DNA of 64,000 nucleotides from Felis catus (taxonomy: Eukaryota). Shown here in pieces: positions 23,948 through 35,545 of the stretch. Numbering within the stretch: position 1 is the stretch's first letter; each line of letters begins with the position of its first letter. The DNA lies in NCBI RefSeq assembly GCF_018350175.1, contig NC_058383.1, forward strand, positions 21,020,001 to 21,084,000, read 5' to 3'. Both the position numbers and the translations under genes were made by a program. Under the pieces are notes generated by a model. That model was not told where the DNA came from. It ran no database searches and saw only the letters and a list, made by a program, of their open reading frames with translations.

Positions 23948-24019
23948 AAAGGAAGGACATATTTTTAAATCACCACAATACCCTCATGCCTTTCATCATA
24001 TTTCTCCTATGCTCATTAG

Positions 24020-24290
24020 GTAGTATGGCTCCAGAGTTCAAATGCCTGGGTTGGAATCTTGGGTCTACCGCATACTTTCAGTAGGACCTGGGGTAAATCA
24101 CCTCTTGGGCCTCAGTCTTCTTATCTGCGACATGGGGATAATATCAACACCCACTTCTTACGGTTGTCGTAAGGATCAAATGAGGTCGTACGTGCAAATC
24201 CTGTACGGGAGGTTCATGTAATGCACATAAATACACAGGAACACTTAGAATAGCGATTGGAACACACTGGGCTCCCGCCAAATATCAGCT
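24020..24290 (+). mobile_element. MIR
   Basis: GGGCCTCAGTCTTCTTATCTGCGACATGGGGATAAT core. Confidence 0.8.
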
Positions 24291-25199
24291 TTGTTTTTAT
24301 TTTTTAATTGTTATCCAATCTCATCTCTGCTTGGCAAACTCCTGTTCTTTTAGGACTGGATTTGAATGCTTCCTCTTTTGCGAAGACTTCTAGATCTCCC
24401 GGGCAAATTTTCTTTATCTCATTCTAAAGTGCTCCAGCATTCTGACTATCCTTATAATTAGTACTTCTCGAACTGTGTCGCTGTGGCTTAATGAGACGCC
24501 TGTGCCCCCTACCAAATGGTGAGGCCCGCGAGGACGGATTTGGATCCCCTTGAGAGGCGGATGCTGTGGAAGGAGGAAGAGAAACAGATGACGAGCAGTC
24601 TGTAGGAGGCTCATTTCTCACCCCAGAGTTGGGGCCACGAGGAAAGAGAAGACCGAGTTTTTACGGACAATGGTTTCCCAACCACAGCCGCCCGGAGTTC
24701 ACACCGACTGCTCCCCGGGGTCGTCTCGTGGAAGTTCTTAGAATGTATGCTGCCTTGGGGAGAGAATCCCCTCCATCATGGCTCTGACACCAGGAGCCTG
24801 GGCACCCGTGACACGTTCAAACATTTCTCGGGGGAACCGTTAGCAGGTTTCACACACAAGGAAGTACATTTTCAGGAGCATGTGATATTCTGGAAATGTC
24901 TTTATGCAGGAGAAGAGCAAGTCGGGAGGAGGGATGGCTTCGAATTTCCTGAGCATCTGGGGACAGTTGTTTCTGCTTCACGAGATATTAGAAGGGCCTG
25001 AATTCAATCAAAACTGGTGACCCGTCGTCCAGCGGGCCACAGGGGAGGGCTGGGGAGAGGCGTTTGCTCTGCTCGGGTGGACCCAGGCTGTTCTCAACAG
25101 AAAGCCCCTGGATGTTGTGCCATAGAAAAGCGTGTTTCCCAAGCTTCACCTCCCCCCCAGAGTAGCAGATTATTACGCTCTTATTTAAAATGATGCTTA

Positions 25200-25322
25200 G
25201 GGGCGCCTGGGTGGCTCGGTCGGGTAAGCGTCAGATTCTTGATTTCAGCTCAGGTCATCTCACGCTTTGAGACACTGAGCCCTGTATCAGGCTTTGCGCT
25301 GACAGCACGGAGCCTGCTTGGG

Positions 25323-25376
<54 letters not shown>

Positions 25377-25424
25377 CCTCTGTCTCCTCCCGCATGCTCT
25401 CTCTCTCAAAATAAATAAATAGGC
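25200..25424 (+). mobile_element. Can-SINE with expanded (CT)n
   Basis: TSD TTTAAAATGATGCTT. Confidence 0.95.
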
Positions 25425-26794
25425 TTTAAAATGATGCTTCGAAGAAGTTTTCATCCATTGTACTTATGGCTGTTCCAGGCACAGACTTTTATCTCAGTTG
25501 ACTCCGCATCTCAGATGTGACAGACGAGCCCATTCCTTCTCTCCGTAGCCTTTGCACCATTGTCACGCTGAAAACTATAGGATTATGGTCGAGGTTCTAG
25601 AACATGTCCGAGATGGACATAACCGATAGGAGTGCCCAAGCCCCGCTGAACAATTTCGGGAGCAGCTTCTACCCAGTTGAAGCGTGTCCTGAAGCCCCCG
25701 TGTCCGTAAGACGGGCCTTGTGGACGTCTGTTTCAACTTGCCTCCTTTGCCTGCGTTCAAAAACCGTAAGTATTTCAAGCCAGGTAGCTGGGAGGGGAGG
25801 GTGCGGGGCCGGTCTGATTCCGCTCAACATCGGGCTTCAAGAGTGGGCACGTGTCACGGGCCCAATCTGGCCAATCAGAGCTGTCAACCACCAGAGTTAA
25901 GGTAGAAGGTAGAAGATACGACTCACCTGCACGGTGATGGGTGGTAACCAGTCTTCCAATGGTGATCGCTCTGTATCAATGTTCAATGAGCTACAGCCAT
26001 AGTTGCATAACACTATATACCATTTTTATTTCCATAAAAAGGAGAGGACAGAGGGGCACAGTATCAGCCCTCATGAAGTTACAATTCCAAGAGGAGTAAA
26101 GAGCGGGAATGACTGTCACTGAGGGCAGAATATGTTAATGACTAACACAAAGAAAGTAGGGACTTGAGTCAGCAGAGGTTAGGAGACATATTTAACAGGG
26201 AAGGTAGCACTGGGCTGAGGCCTGGTTGGATTAGCAGTCAACCTGGAAGACCTGCCAGTCAACCTGGAAGACCTGGAAGGTCAGGAAGACCTGCCCTTTC
26301 CAGACCAAGAAAGCCACGAAGGCAAAGGCGAGACTAGGAAAGAAACAACTGTTGACACGACGCTTGGATCCGTGGGGACGTGCGAGACTTGAAGGGGCAC
26401 AAATTGCAAAGGCTGCTTGGTATCCACAGTGGAAGTTCTTAAATGGCAAGTTATAAATTTGGATTACTTCTGAAGGCAATTGGGTCTGTGCAGGATTTTA
26501 TTGTGTACCGTCCATCTCCGGAAGGGTAGGTGAGGTTTAACTCTTCTTGAAATATTGTCTTCTACCTGAAGATACTAAATCATAAAACAAACAAGCGAGC
26601 AGACACAAAGTGAGTGTCTTGTAAACAGAGTAATAAGGTTGGAAAGCTAAACGCCACTTTAAGGAGGAGCTGATTCCGCGAATGTGTAACTGTGCCCAAT
26701 AAATTGAATAATGAATAATAATAATAAGTCAGTCATAAATTGAACATCACCTAAAACCAAACCAACCAAACAACAACAAAAAAGTGTAAATACG

Positions 26795-26953
26795 GTCGTC
26801 CTGACTGACATCAAGCTCCTGGATCCAGCCATACCTGAAAGCTACCACATGACTTTTCAAGCCATGTGCTCCTATAAATTATTTTGTTGAGCTCAGGCAG
26901 TTTCAACTGAATTGGATTCTTTCTCTTGAAAGTCCAAAGAATTCTGACTTACA
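26795..26953 (+). mobile_element. MLT1J/K LTR 3' part
   Basis: CTGGATCCAGCCATACCTGAAAGC ... AAGAATTCTGACTTACA. Confidence 0.75.
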
Positions 26954-27647
26954 CGGTAAGAGGTATGCAGGCAGAATGGCGAGTATCAATCTCCTCTGCC
27001 CTCACACCCTACACATCAAGCATCTATCTGAAATTTGTACTGGAAATTCCTCCTCATAGAGAGCAGAACTAATAGCTTTCCAGCCCCCTTAAAACTGTGA
27101 ATCTTTAAGAATGCATTTTCATGAGTACTTTAACGAGAAGGTGGGAAAGAACAAATTGATTCAACATCTTTGAAAAGCAATTTTGCAGCACGTATCAGGA
27201 ACCTTAAACAACAAGCTTGCATCCCGTATCTCGAGAATTTCTCCTTCTAGGCATCCAACCTAAAGAAATCATGTGTAGTGTAGGTTTGTGATAAGAATGC
27301 CTGGAAAATTAGGAAAGACGAGAACTCTGTTTCCGAACTGGCAGTCCTCACAGACGCCAGAATGTTCGGGGTTCGATGCTCCTGCGCCCGCTGGGGTAGC
27401 TTGACATGCTCTCGGAAACACGTCGTCCCCTACCCTCTGATGATGATGATTTACTTATTCTCTGTACTTCGTTGGTAATGTTGTTACGTGCTCTCTACTT
27501 AGCTTCTCGCCACTCTGTAGTTTCTGCCTGATTATGGCGTCTGTTCTCCTTTGATGTCAGTCACCTCAGCGTCTGGTGCTGCCCTCTTCCTAGGTGTCTT
27601 GTGGCCTCTGCCCCACGTCCACCTGCTAACCCTGTCCGGCTGATGTA

Positions 27648-27901
27648 TGGCTCCTGCTGACAATGGTTCCTACTGACCCGTGCTGTGTGATGAACAAAAG
27701 CTCCTACTGAACCACGTCTCCTGTTGACCTGCGGCCTCTGCTGACTCATGGCTCATGCTAACTCAGGGCTTCTGCGGACCCAGAGTTCGTCTCCATCCAT
27801 GGCTCCTGTCGACCCTTTGTGCCTCCTGACCCATGGCAACTGCTGACCTTTGGCCCCTGTTGACCCGTGGCTCCAGCTTACTCACGTCTTCTGCTGAGCC
27901 G
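27648..27901. repeat. Degenerate 17-bp tandem repeat, 15 units, consensus TGGCTCCTGCTGACCCA
   Basis: Manual phasing: one 16-mer plus fourteen 17-mers exactly span 27648-27901. Confidence 0.9.
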
Positions 27902-28016
27902 TGCCTTCCAGTGGGATGAAGAAAGGGATCCAGCCCCCCGGAAGATCCAGGGCTCCAAACAACTAGATCTCAGTTCAGAGTAGCCCTGGAATCTCAAAAA
28001 AAGGATCTGTAGCGTG

Positions 28017-28222
28017 GGGGGCGCCTGGGTGGCTCAGTCGGTTAAGCACCTAACTTCCGCTCAGGTTATGATCTCAGGGTTCATGAGTTGGAGCCCGGCT
28101 CTGGGCTGACAGCTCAGAGCCTGGATCTGCTTCAGAATCTGTGTCTCCCTCTCTCTGCCCCTCCCCCACTCAGGCTCTGTCTCCTCACTCTCAGAAACAG
28201 ACATTAAAAAAAATTTTTTTTT
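28017..28222 (+). mobile_element. Can-SINE
   Basis: TSD GATCTGTAGC. Confidence 0.93.
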
Positions 28223-28307
28223 AAAGATCTGTAGCACTAATTATGGAAACTGCGTAAGAGCTCAGTATCCCTACGCTCACACATTCATGTGCATGCCCGC
28301 TCACGTG

Positions 28308-28338
28308 CACACACACACACACACACACACAAACACAT
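28308..28338. repeat. (CA)n microsatellite
   Basis: Direct reading. Confidence 0.9.
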
Positions 28339-28734
28339 TGGGTCTTCCCCTCCCCTCAACTGAATTTGCCCCCACACTCATGTCAACCCTACTGCACTTG
28401 AGAGAGATCAGGAAGAATCTTCTAGCTCTAGGCCAGTGGAAACAGCGTTAGTTTTTGCAGAAAATCCCTAACTCAAAGCATGCTTTCTCTGTGGAGCCCC
28501 AAGAAGCGAGGCTTTGCAGTCTGTCTGATGATTTTTGAGTTCTCTGGAAAAGTTTGTCTTCTGTTTTAAAAGGAGTAAGTTCCTCTAGTGGAAAATACTC
28601 CTGAATATAAAATATTTAAAAAGGAAGACAGCAAGAAACACAGATTTATAGACTTTCAGGGATAGAAGATACCCTTAAACTTTGAATCCCTCATCTGTTG
28701 TGTGAGTGTCTTAAACCACATCCTGTGTGAGCAC

Positions 28735-28870
28735 AATCCAGTCTCTCCTTGAATGCCTCCAGTGAACATGAGCTCATTAATTCTGAAGTTAGACCATTCC
28801 ATTTTTTTGCATGGGTTTCATCATGGCAACGATTTCTTGTACCAATCCCAATATCGTTCTCCCGGTAATT
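28735..28870 (-). mobile_element. L3/CR1 fragment
   Basis: CCAGTCTCTCCTTGAATGCCTCCAGTGA..GAGCTCA..CCATTCCATT. Confidence 0.6.
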
Positions 28871-29827
28871 AATTGAGCTGGGGGGGAGGAGGGGGGAGGC
28901 GAATTTCTCATATCCCCAATTCTTCAAAAATTTAAATGCAAACTACTGGATCATTCGTTCATTCTTTAGCCTCCAACTGAGACCCCGAAATGCCGTTCGT
29001 GCCAAGATTGAGAAACACCGCCCCAGCCCATTCCAATATGTAGAAAGAAATGTTATTGTCCCCAAAGAAGAGATTTATCTGACATGAGGGATTGCTTTTC
29101 CTCGAAATGCAATATGCTTGAGGATTGAGGGGAGAAAATGTCAGGGCTCAAAGCACTTCTCTTTGCTTTAAATTTACCAAAAGTATGAAAATGAAGTTCT
29201 TCGATTTCATAGTCATCTAAATAAAGTTTTCATTACACTGCTTTTCACCTCCTTGTACTCATTTGGAAGCGGGGCGAGGCAGTCCGTGCCTTGCGGCTCC
29301 GTGTAGAACAAAGGCGACTCTTGGCTCAGTGCTCACAGCCCGCCTCCAAAGCTCCTCTCTGTGTCTCCTCCTGGCTGCGTCCTGTCTGCACAGATTCCTA
29401 CCCCGAGGTAACGCGTCCGAAGGCCCAGCCCAGCAAGTTTGTGGTCCGGATCAGAGATCTGGGAGTTGCGGCCAAGCCTCTCTTCTTGTAATCTCCAGCC
29501 ACCTGGCAAATTCTACCCGAAGAAACGGTTGTTGTTACCACTCTTGCTGCTGGGTTTGTTGAATGCTAACAATCTGAGTACCCTTTGTTACGAAGAAGAT
29601 GGCAAGTAAATAGATGTGGGTTTATTTTCCTTTTAAAGGCAAATAAAAACCTGGGAGTAATGTTTGCCAGGAAAAAAAAAAAAAAACAAACCCAACCCAT
29701 TAATGTCCTTAGTATGTAAAGAACTCTGACACATCAATAAGAAAACCCGAAAGCTACTTAATGAAGATTGAAATAAAACTGTAACATTTTAGTCCACAAA
29801 CACTTCAAATTAAAAAAAAAAAATCTA

Positions 29828-29992
29828 GGGGCACCTGGGTGGCTCAGTTAAGCGTCTGATTCTTGATTTCAGTTCAGGTCATGATCTCACGGTTCATGAG
29901 TTCGAGCCCCGCATCAGGCTCTGCACTTGGGATTCTCTCGCCCGCCTCCTACTCATGTTCTCTCTCTCTCCCTGTCAAAAAAAAAAAAAAAT
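29828..29992 (+). mobile_element. Can-SINE (internally deleted)
   Basis: Head, CT tract, A tail. Confidence 0.9.
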
Positions 29993-30309
29993 CATTACTG
30001 ATTTGGGGCTAGGTATATCTGACCTATTGGAATAACTAACATATATTTCTAAAAAGTCCAATCTGGAATTATGTATAAAGAACTTTAAAAATAATTAATA
30101 GTCTTTGGAGCAATAAGTCTCATTCTAGAAATTTACCCTGGGGACATGACTGGAGATTCAGACAGTGATTTATGCACACAAATGTAATCGAAGCATTTAT
30201 AACAGGAAAAAAAAAAAAGGAATTTAAATTGTTAACAATTATGTGATATCCTATGATGGAAAAACTTGCAATCATTAAAACGGTGATTTTATTAAAATCT
30301 TATAATCCA

Positions 30310-30552
30310 GGGGCACCTGGGTGGCTCAGTCAGTTAAGCCTCTGACTTCGGCTCAGGTCATGATCTCGTGGTTTGTGAGTTCAAGCCACGCGTCAGGCTC
30401 TGTGCTCACATCTCAGAGCCTAGAGCCTGTTCAGATTCCGTGTCTCCAACTCTCTCTGCCCCTCCCCCACTCATGCTTGCTCTCTCTCTCTCAATTTCTC
30501 TCTCTCTCTCTGTCTCTCTGAAAAATAAACATTGAAAAGAAAAAGAAAACAA
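30310..30552 (+). mobile_element. Can-SINE
   Basis: TSD TTTATAA(T/C)CCAG. Confidence 0.95.
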
Positions 30553-31220
30553 TTTATAACCCAGTCCCCCCAATCTTATGTGCTAAGTCACAGTATTTCA
30601 TGTAGTCTGTAACTGTCTGGGAGAGGAAGCATGGAGAAGTTTGGGGACAAGGCATCAGACTGTAGCAGATGAGACAGTGGCTCACGGGTGACTCTTTGTT
30701 GTTGTCTTTATCACCGGGAGTGTTCCCATTCTTGTGCAATAGACACGTGGCACTTTGAGAGATCAAGAGCTGCGAAAGGTGGTTAAAATCTGAAAGCAAC
30801 AGGTCTGGAGGGAAGATCACTGAACTTCAACTCGGAGAGATCTGAGGCTGACGCCAAGCACAGCCTCTCACCAGAGGTGGACCCTGGGAATCCCGCCGCA
30901 TCCTCTGGGAACCTCAGGCTCTCGCCGGGGAAAGAGCTAGCTCTCTCATGCAGCTTTCCTGGTGGTGCCATGAGACGGTGTGCCATTCGAGGTATGTTGG
31001 ACCATCTAACAACAGTTAATAAAGATCTGTACCTGGGAGATGGGGGTCCAGAATGATGAACTCCTCTGGAATGAAAGGGTTCGCCCAGACATGATAGTGT
31101 GGGCGGAATCCTGAATCTGGGATTTCGTGCAATTACTTTATCCCTCCCAGACTTGGTGTCATTACCTGTAAAATGGGCACGGTAAAAGCACTTTGACTGC
31201 TCTGCTTCAAAGCAGTTCTG

Positions 31221-31445
31221 GGGGCGCCTGGGTGGCGCAGTCGGTTAAGCGTCCGACTTCAGCTCAGGTCACGATCTCGCGGTCCGTGAGTTCGAGCCCC
31301 GCGTCGCGCTCTGGGCTGATGGCTCAGAGCCTGGAGCCTGTTTCCGATTCTGTGTCTCCCTCTCTCTCTGCCCCTCCCCCGTTCATGCTCTGTCTCTCTC
31401 TGTCCCAAAAATAAATAAACGTTGAAAAAAAAATTTAAAAAAAAC
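31221..31445 (+). mobile_element. Young Can-SINE (SINEC_Fc)
   Basis: CpG-rich; TSD AAAG(C/T)AGTTCT. Confidence 0.97.
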
Positions 31446-32304
31446 AAAGTAGTTCTGAAAACTTACACAGTCTCTGTTTTCGTCGGTGTTCGACCGGATG
31501 AATCCCACATGGCTGAGTCATTCTTGTTGACTCCCTCCTTAAAAACTGTCGGAGCAAGAGTTCGCTAGCAATCCTTCTGTGATCCAGCTCACTACCCCTT
31601 GGTCATCACCTTTAGGAAAATATTTGCTCTCCCGGCCTTCCCTTTCCCCTCTGTTTCCGGGCGTGTTCTACTATTCCCAACCAAGAGAAAGAAGTTTCTG
31701 GTGTGAACTTGATGTCTAGCCACTTCTTCTGCTTCAGTATTAACGTGTCACTTCACAGTTTCTCTGCCGGAAGGTCGTATGACCCCGGTTCTCTGCTATT
31801 ACTCAGACAAGCTCTGGTCAGGAGCATCGTGAGACCCCAGGGATTCAGCTAGTGTAGACAAGGAGAGGGGCAGAGGTCAAGGAAGCTGACGGCGCCATAG
31901 AACTGGCCCAGTCCCAAATATACCATATCTACAATGGGGCAGCGGTTTTAGGCTAAGACATGTGGGATCTGGGGAGCTCAATCCAGTAGAGGGGGCTACG
32001 GCATTGGCTGTAGGCCCGTCTCTTCAGATCTCAGGTGCCTGCTAGGGAAACTGAGGCAGAAGATGCTTTATCTGCACTGGGCCGGTGTGGTGAAAGCAGA
32101 AGTGGTCTCTGTCATGAGTCTGTGAATGCCCAGGCTCAAGGACGTTACACAGACACTGAGTCTTGGCTCAGCTCATTGGCTCAAGATGGGAGCAGAAGTG
32201 AGCCCACGGATGGGGGTGTCAGGGACTGCACGGCAAAGGCTCCTCCACGTACTCACCCATTCCCTTGGTCCCTCTCACCTGCAAAACTTTAGCCACCTGT
32301 GAGT

Positions 32305-32338
32305 CTTTGTGTGTGTGTGTGTGTGTTTGTGTGTGAGC

Positions 32339-32369
<31 letters not shown>

Positions 32370-32536
32370 CGTGCACTAGCCAGGGGCAGAGAGAGGGAGA
32401 TGCAGAATCCGAAGCAGGTTCCAGGCTCTGAGCTGTCAGCACAGAGCCTGACATGGGGCTCCAACCCACGCACTGCAAGATCCTGACCTGACCCAAAGTC
32501 AGGCACTTGACCGTCTAGGCCACCCACGTGTCCCCC
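32305..32536 (-). mobile_element. Can-SINE with (GT)n(GA)n tail region
   Basis: Reverse SINEC. Confidence 0.9.
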
Positions 32537-32629
32537 GCCACTTGATTGAACTTTCTCCACGTAAAGAATGGAGCTCGTGATGACCTTTGACCCCTGGGCA
32601 ATCCACGCAAAGTTCCACGCTCCCCTGAA

Positions 32630-32749
32630 ACACCTGATCATTCACTGAGCACGTAGGTCCGGGATGGGGCTGGAAAGTCTGCGTCCCTAACAAGTCCCCA
32701 GGTGACGTTCGCGGTGCTGGTCCGAGGTCCATACTTTGAGAAACCCTGG
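32630..32749 (+). mobile_element. MER5A fragment
   Basis: CTAACAAGTCCCCAGGTGAC..GCTGGTCCGAGGTCCATACTTTGAGAAACCCTG. Confidence 0.8.
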
Positions 32750-32964
32750 GTGTGGGAACGACTGGTGTGTGGGACAGGGGTGTAGAGCTTAAAGCATGCC
32801 CTGCGCGCTCAGTTCACCTTTATCAGCACCCTGAGTGGGCGCTATCACTCCATTTTACAGGTGGATAGAGGGAGGTGCGAAGGGAGAAAATGGGCTGGCT
32901 CGAGATAAAATCCTTGGGAGAAGCAGCTCACAACTGCAGAGGAAGGGGGAGGTAAGGACACGAG

Positions 32965-33230
32965 CTACAAGCTGCAAACGTAAATGCTTGCAGAGGCCAT
33001 GCAGAGGGCAGTAGTGAACGAAGCAGCTCCGTGGCAGCTTGAAGCATGTATAGCCTGCCCCGACTTGTCATCCTGTGGGAATGGAGGCCCGGTGTTGCTG
33101 GATCTTCCAATTTTTCAAGAAGAGGAAAAAAATCCCGATTTTTAAGTGTTGTCAATTGATCGCACGTTTCAAAAAATACCGGGCAGGCCGGGTAATATAT
33201 ATTTGCCCAGATGCCACAGGCTGGTACCCT
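32965..33230 (-). mobile_element. MER102 hAT element
   Basis: GGCCCGGTGTTGCTGGATCTTCCAATTTTTCAAGAAG..CCCGATTTTTAA. Confidence 0.8.
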
Positions 33231-33284
33231 CTACACGTGAAAGCTTTTCAATCCATATTGTGCACGCAAATGTCCTAGAGCTCT

Positions 33285-33469
33285 TATTTATTTATTTAGA
33301 GCACGAGCAGGGGAGGAGCAGAGAGGGAAGGAGGGATCCAGAATCCCGAGCAGGCTCCATGCTGTCCCTGCAGAGCCCAACGAGGGGCTCGAACCCACAA
33401 ATGGTGAGACCATGACTTGAGCCGAAATCAAGAGTTGGACGCTTAACCAATGGAGCCACCCAGGCGCCC
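33285..33469 (-). mobile_element. Can-SINE
   Basis: TSD CTAG(A/G)GCTC. Confidence 0.9.
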
Positions 33470-33489
33470 GTCTAGGGCTCGTTTTAAAA

Positions 33490-35075
33490 CATGGATTCTT
33501 TGTTTTTTGGGTGTTGAGTTTGGTAAGTTCTTTACAGACTTTGTATACTAACCCTTTATCTGATGTGTCGTTTGCAAACATCTTCCTCCCATTTTGTCGG
33601 TTGCCTTTTAGTTTCATGGATTGTTTCCTTTGCTGTGCAGAAGCTTTTTATCTTGATGAGTTCATTTTTGCCTTTATATCCCTTGCCTTTGGGGTCGTGT
33701 CGAGCGAGAAATTGCTGCGGCTGAGGTCAAAGAGGTTGTTGCCTGTTTTCTCCACTAGGGTTTTGATGGTTTCCTGTCTCACATTTTAGGTCTTTCATCC
33801 ATTTTGAGTTTATTTTTGTGTCTGGTGTAAGGAAGGGGTCCAGGTTCATTCTTCTGCATATCTCTGTCCAGTTTTCCCAGCACCACTGGCTGAAGAGACT
33901 GTCTTTATTCCATTGGCTATTCTTTCCTGCTTTGTCAAAGATGAGTTGGCCATACGTTTGTGGGTCCATTTCTGGGTTCTCTACTCTGTTCCATTGATCT
34001 ATGTGTCTGTTTTTGTGCCAGTACCATAGTGTCTTGATGATTACAGCTTTGTGGTAGAGGCCAAATTCCGGGATTGTGATGCCTCCCCCTTTGGTTTTTT
34101 TTTAACATTACTTTGGCTATTCAGGGTGTCAACACTTGAAAAACAAATAATCCAGTGAAGAAATGGGCAGAAGACATGAGTAGACACTTTTCCAAGGAGG
34201 ACATCCAGATGGCCAACAGACACATGAAAAGATGCTCAACATCGCTCATCATCAGGGAAATAATACAAATCAAAACCATTGAGATACCACCTCACACCGG
34301 TCAGAGTGGCTAAAATGAACAAATCAGGGGACTATAGATGCTGGAGAGACTGTGGAGAAACAGGAACCCTCTTGCACTGTTGGTGGGAATGCAAACTGGT
34401 GCAGCCGCTCTGGAAAACAGTATGGACGTTCCTCAAAAAATTAAAAATAGAACTACCCTACGACCCAGCAATTGCACTACTAGGTATTTATCCAAAAGAT
34501 ACAGGAGTGCTGATTCACAGGGACACATGTACCCCAATGTTCATAGCAGTGCTTTCAAAAATAGCCATAGTATGGAAAGAGCCCAAATGTCCATCAACGG
34601 ATGAATGGATAAAGAAGACGTGGTTTATTTATACAATGGAATACTACTTGGCAATGGGAAAGAATGAAATCCTGCCATTTGCAACAACATGGATGGAACT
34701 GGAGGGTATTATGCTAAGTGAAATAAGTCAGTCAGAGAAAGACAGATATCATGTTTTCACTCATATGTGGAACTTGAGGAACTTAACAGAAGACCGTGGG
34801 GGAAGGGAAGGGGAAAAAATAGTTTCAAACAGGGAAGCAAACCATAAGAGACTCTTAAATACAGAGAACAAACAGGGCTGATGGGGGTGGAGTGGTGGGA
34901 GGGGAAAGTGGGTGATGGGCATTGAGGAGGGCACCTGTTGGGATGAGCGCTGGGTGTTGTATGTAAGCAATGAATCATGGGAATCTACTCCCGAAGCCAA
35001 GAGCACACTGTGTACACCGTATGTTAGCTAACTTCACAATAAATTATGTTAAATAAATAAATAAATTCAAAAAAC
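33490..35075 (+). mobile_element. Carnivore/feline L1, 5'-truncated, with inverted segment (33490-34128 on -)
   Basis: ORF2 peptides on both strands ([25 protein letters not shown] on -, RYHLTPVR... on +), 3' UTR and A tail. Confidence 0.95.
34279..34881 (+). pseudogene. L1 ORF2p C-terminal (cysteine-rich) remnant; not a host gene
   Basis: [30 protein letters not shown] ... DEWIKKTWFIYTMEYY is the L1 ORF2 C-terminus. Confidence 0.92.
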
Positions 35076-35199
35076 TAAAATGTGGGTTCTGCTATAACAA
35101 GTCTGGGATGGGCTTGAGATTTGTAATTTCCAATCAGCTCCTGGAGGATGTCCAGGCGGCCGCTCCATGAACTACACGCACTGAGTAGCAAAGCTCTAG

Positions 35200-35545
35200 A
35201 ACAGAGCCACTCAACGCATGGGCTGTGGACACGCAGCATCACCCGGGAGCTCGTTAACACGCATAGGGGCTCAACCCTAGAAATACTGAACCCAGGTTTC
35301 TGGGGCTGGGGCTTGGGAATCTGTGCTCTAATACAGCCTGTGGCTGACTCGTATGCACACTTGAGTTTGAGACGAATGGTTCTCCATCGTGGCGTGCGCT
35401 GAAATCACTTGCCGAGTTTTAAAAACACCGATGCCTGGAGACTCCTGTAGGTCTGCAGTTGCTCTGGAGCGGAACTGGGCTCCGGGATTCTTTACACTTC
35501 TCCACCGGTTCCAATGTGCAGTGAAGGTTGAAGACCGCTGCCCTG
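35200..35545. mobile_element. Two further abutting MER5-family MITEs (MER5A-like, MER5B-like)
   Basis: GCAGCATCACCCGGGAGCTCGTTAA; TTCCAATGTGCAGTGAAGGTTGAAGACCGCTG. Confidence 0.7.

Larger units (their letters stand above)
23024..23977 (-). mobile_element. MLT1F-like LTR containing two SINEs
   Basis: TGTGTAACAAATTACCCCAACACTTGGTGGCTTAAAACAAC ... ATATTTTTAAATCACCACA. Confidence 0.85.
33240..35195 (+). mobile_element. MER5A1 split by a SINE and an L1
   Basis: Removing the inserts rejoins TGTGCACGCAAAT..TTTTAAAACGTGGGTTCTG..GTCTGGGATGGGCTTGAGATT..CTGAGTAGCAAAG. Confidence 0.65.

Noticed and set aside
26235..26275. 21-bp tandem duplication CAGTCAACCTGGAAGACCTG (also 12-bp at ~12790-12815 and 13-bp at 61879-61913)
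   Set aside because: Ordinary slippage-type micro-duplications, mostly within old repeats.
27648..27901. CRISPR-like array
   Set aside because: Units are contiguous with no unique spacers, there are no cas genes, and the context is mammalian.
34279..34881. 200-aa ORF as a host gene
   Set aside because: It is the L1 ORF2p C-terminus in a truncated, inverted L1 with no promoter or full ORF2.
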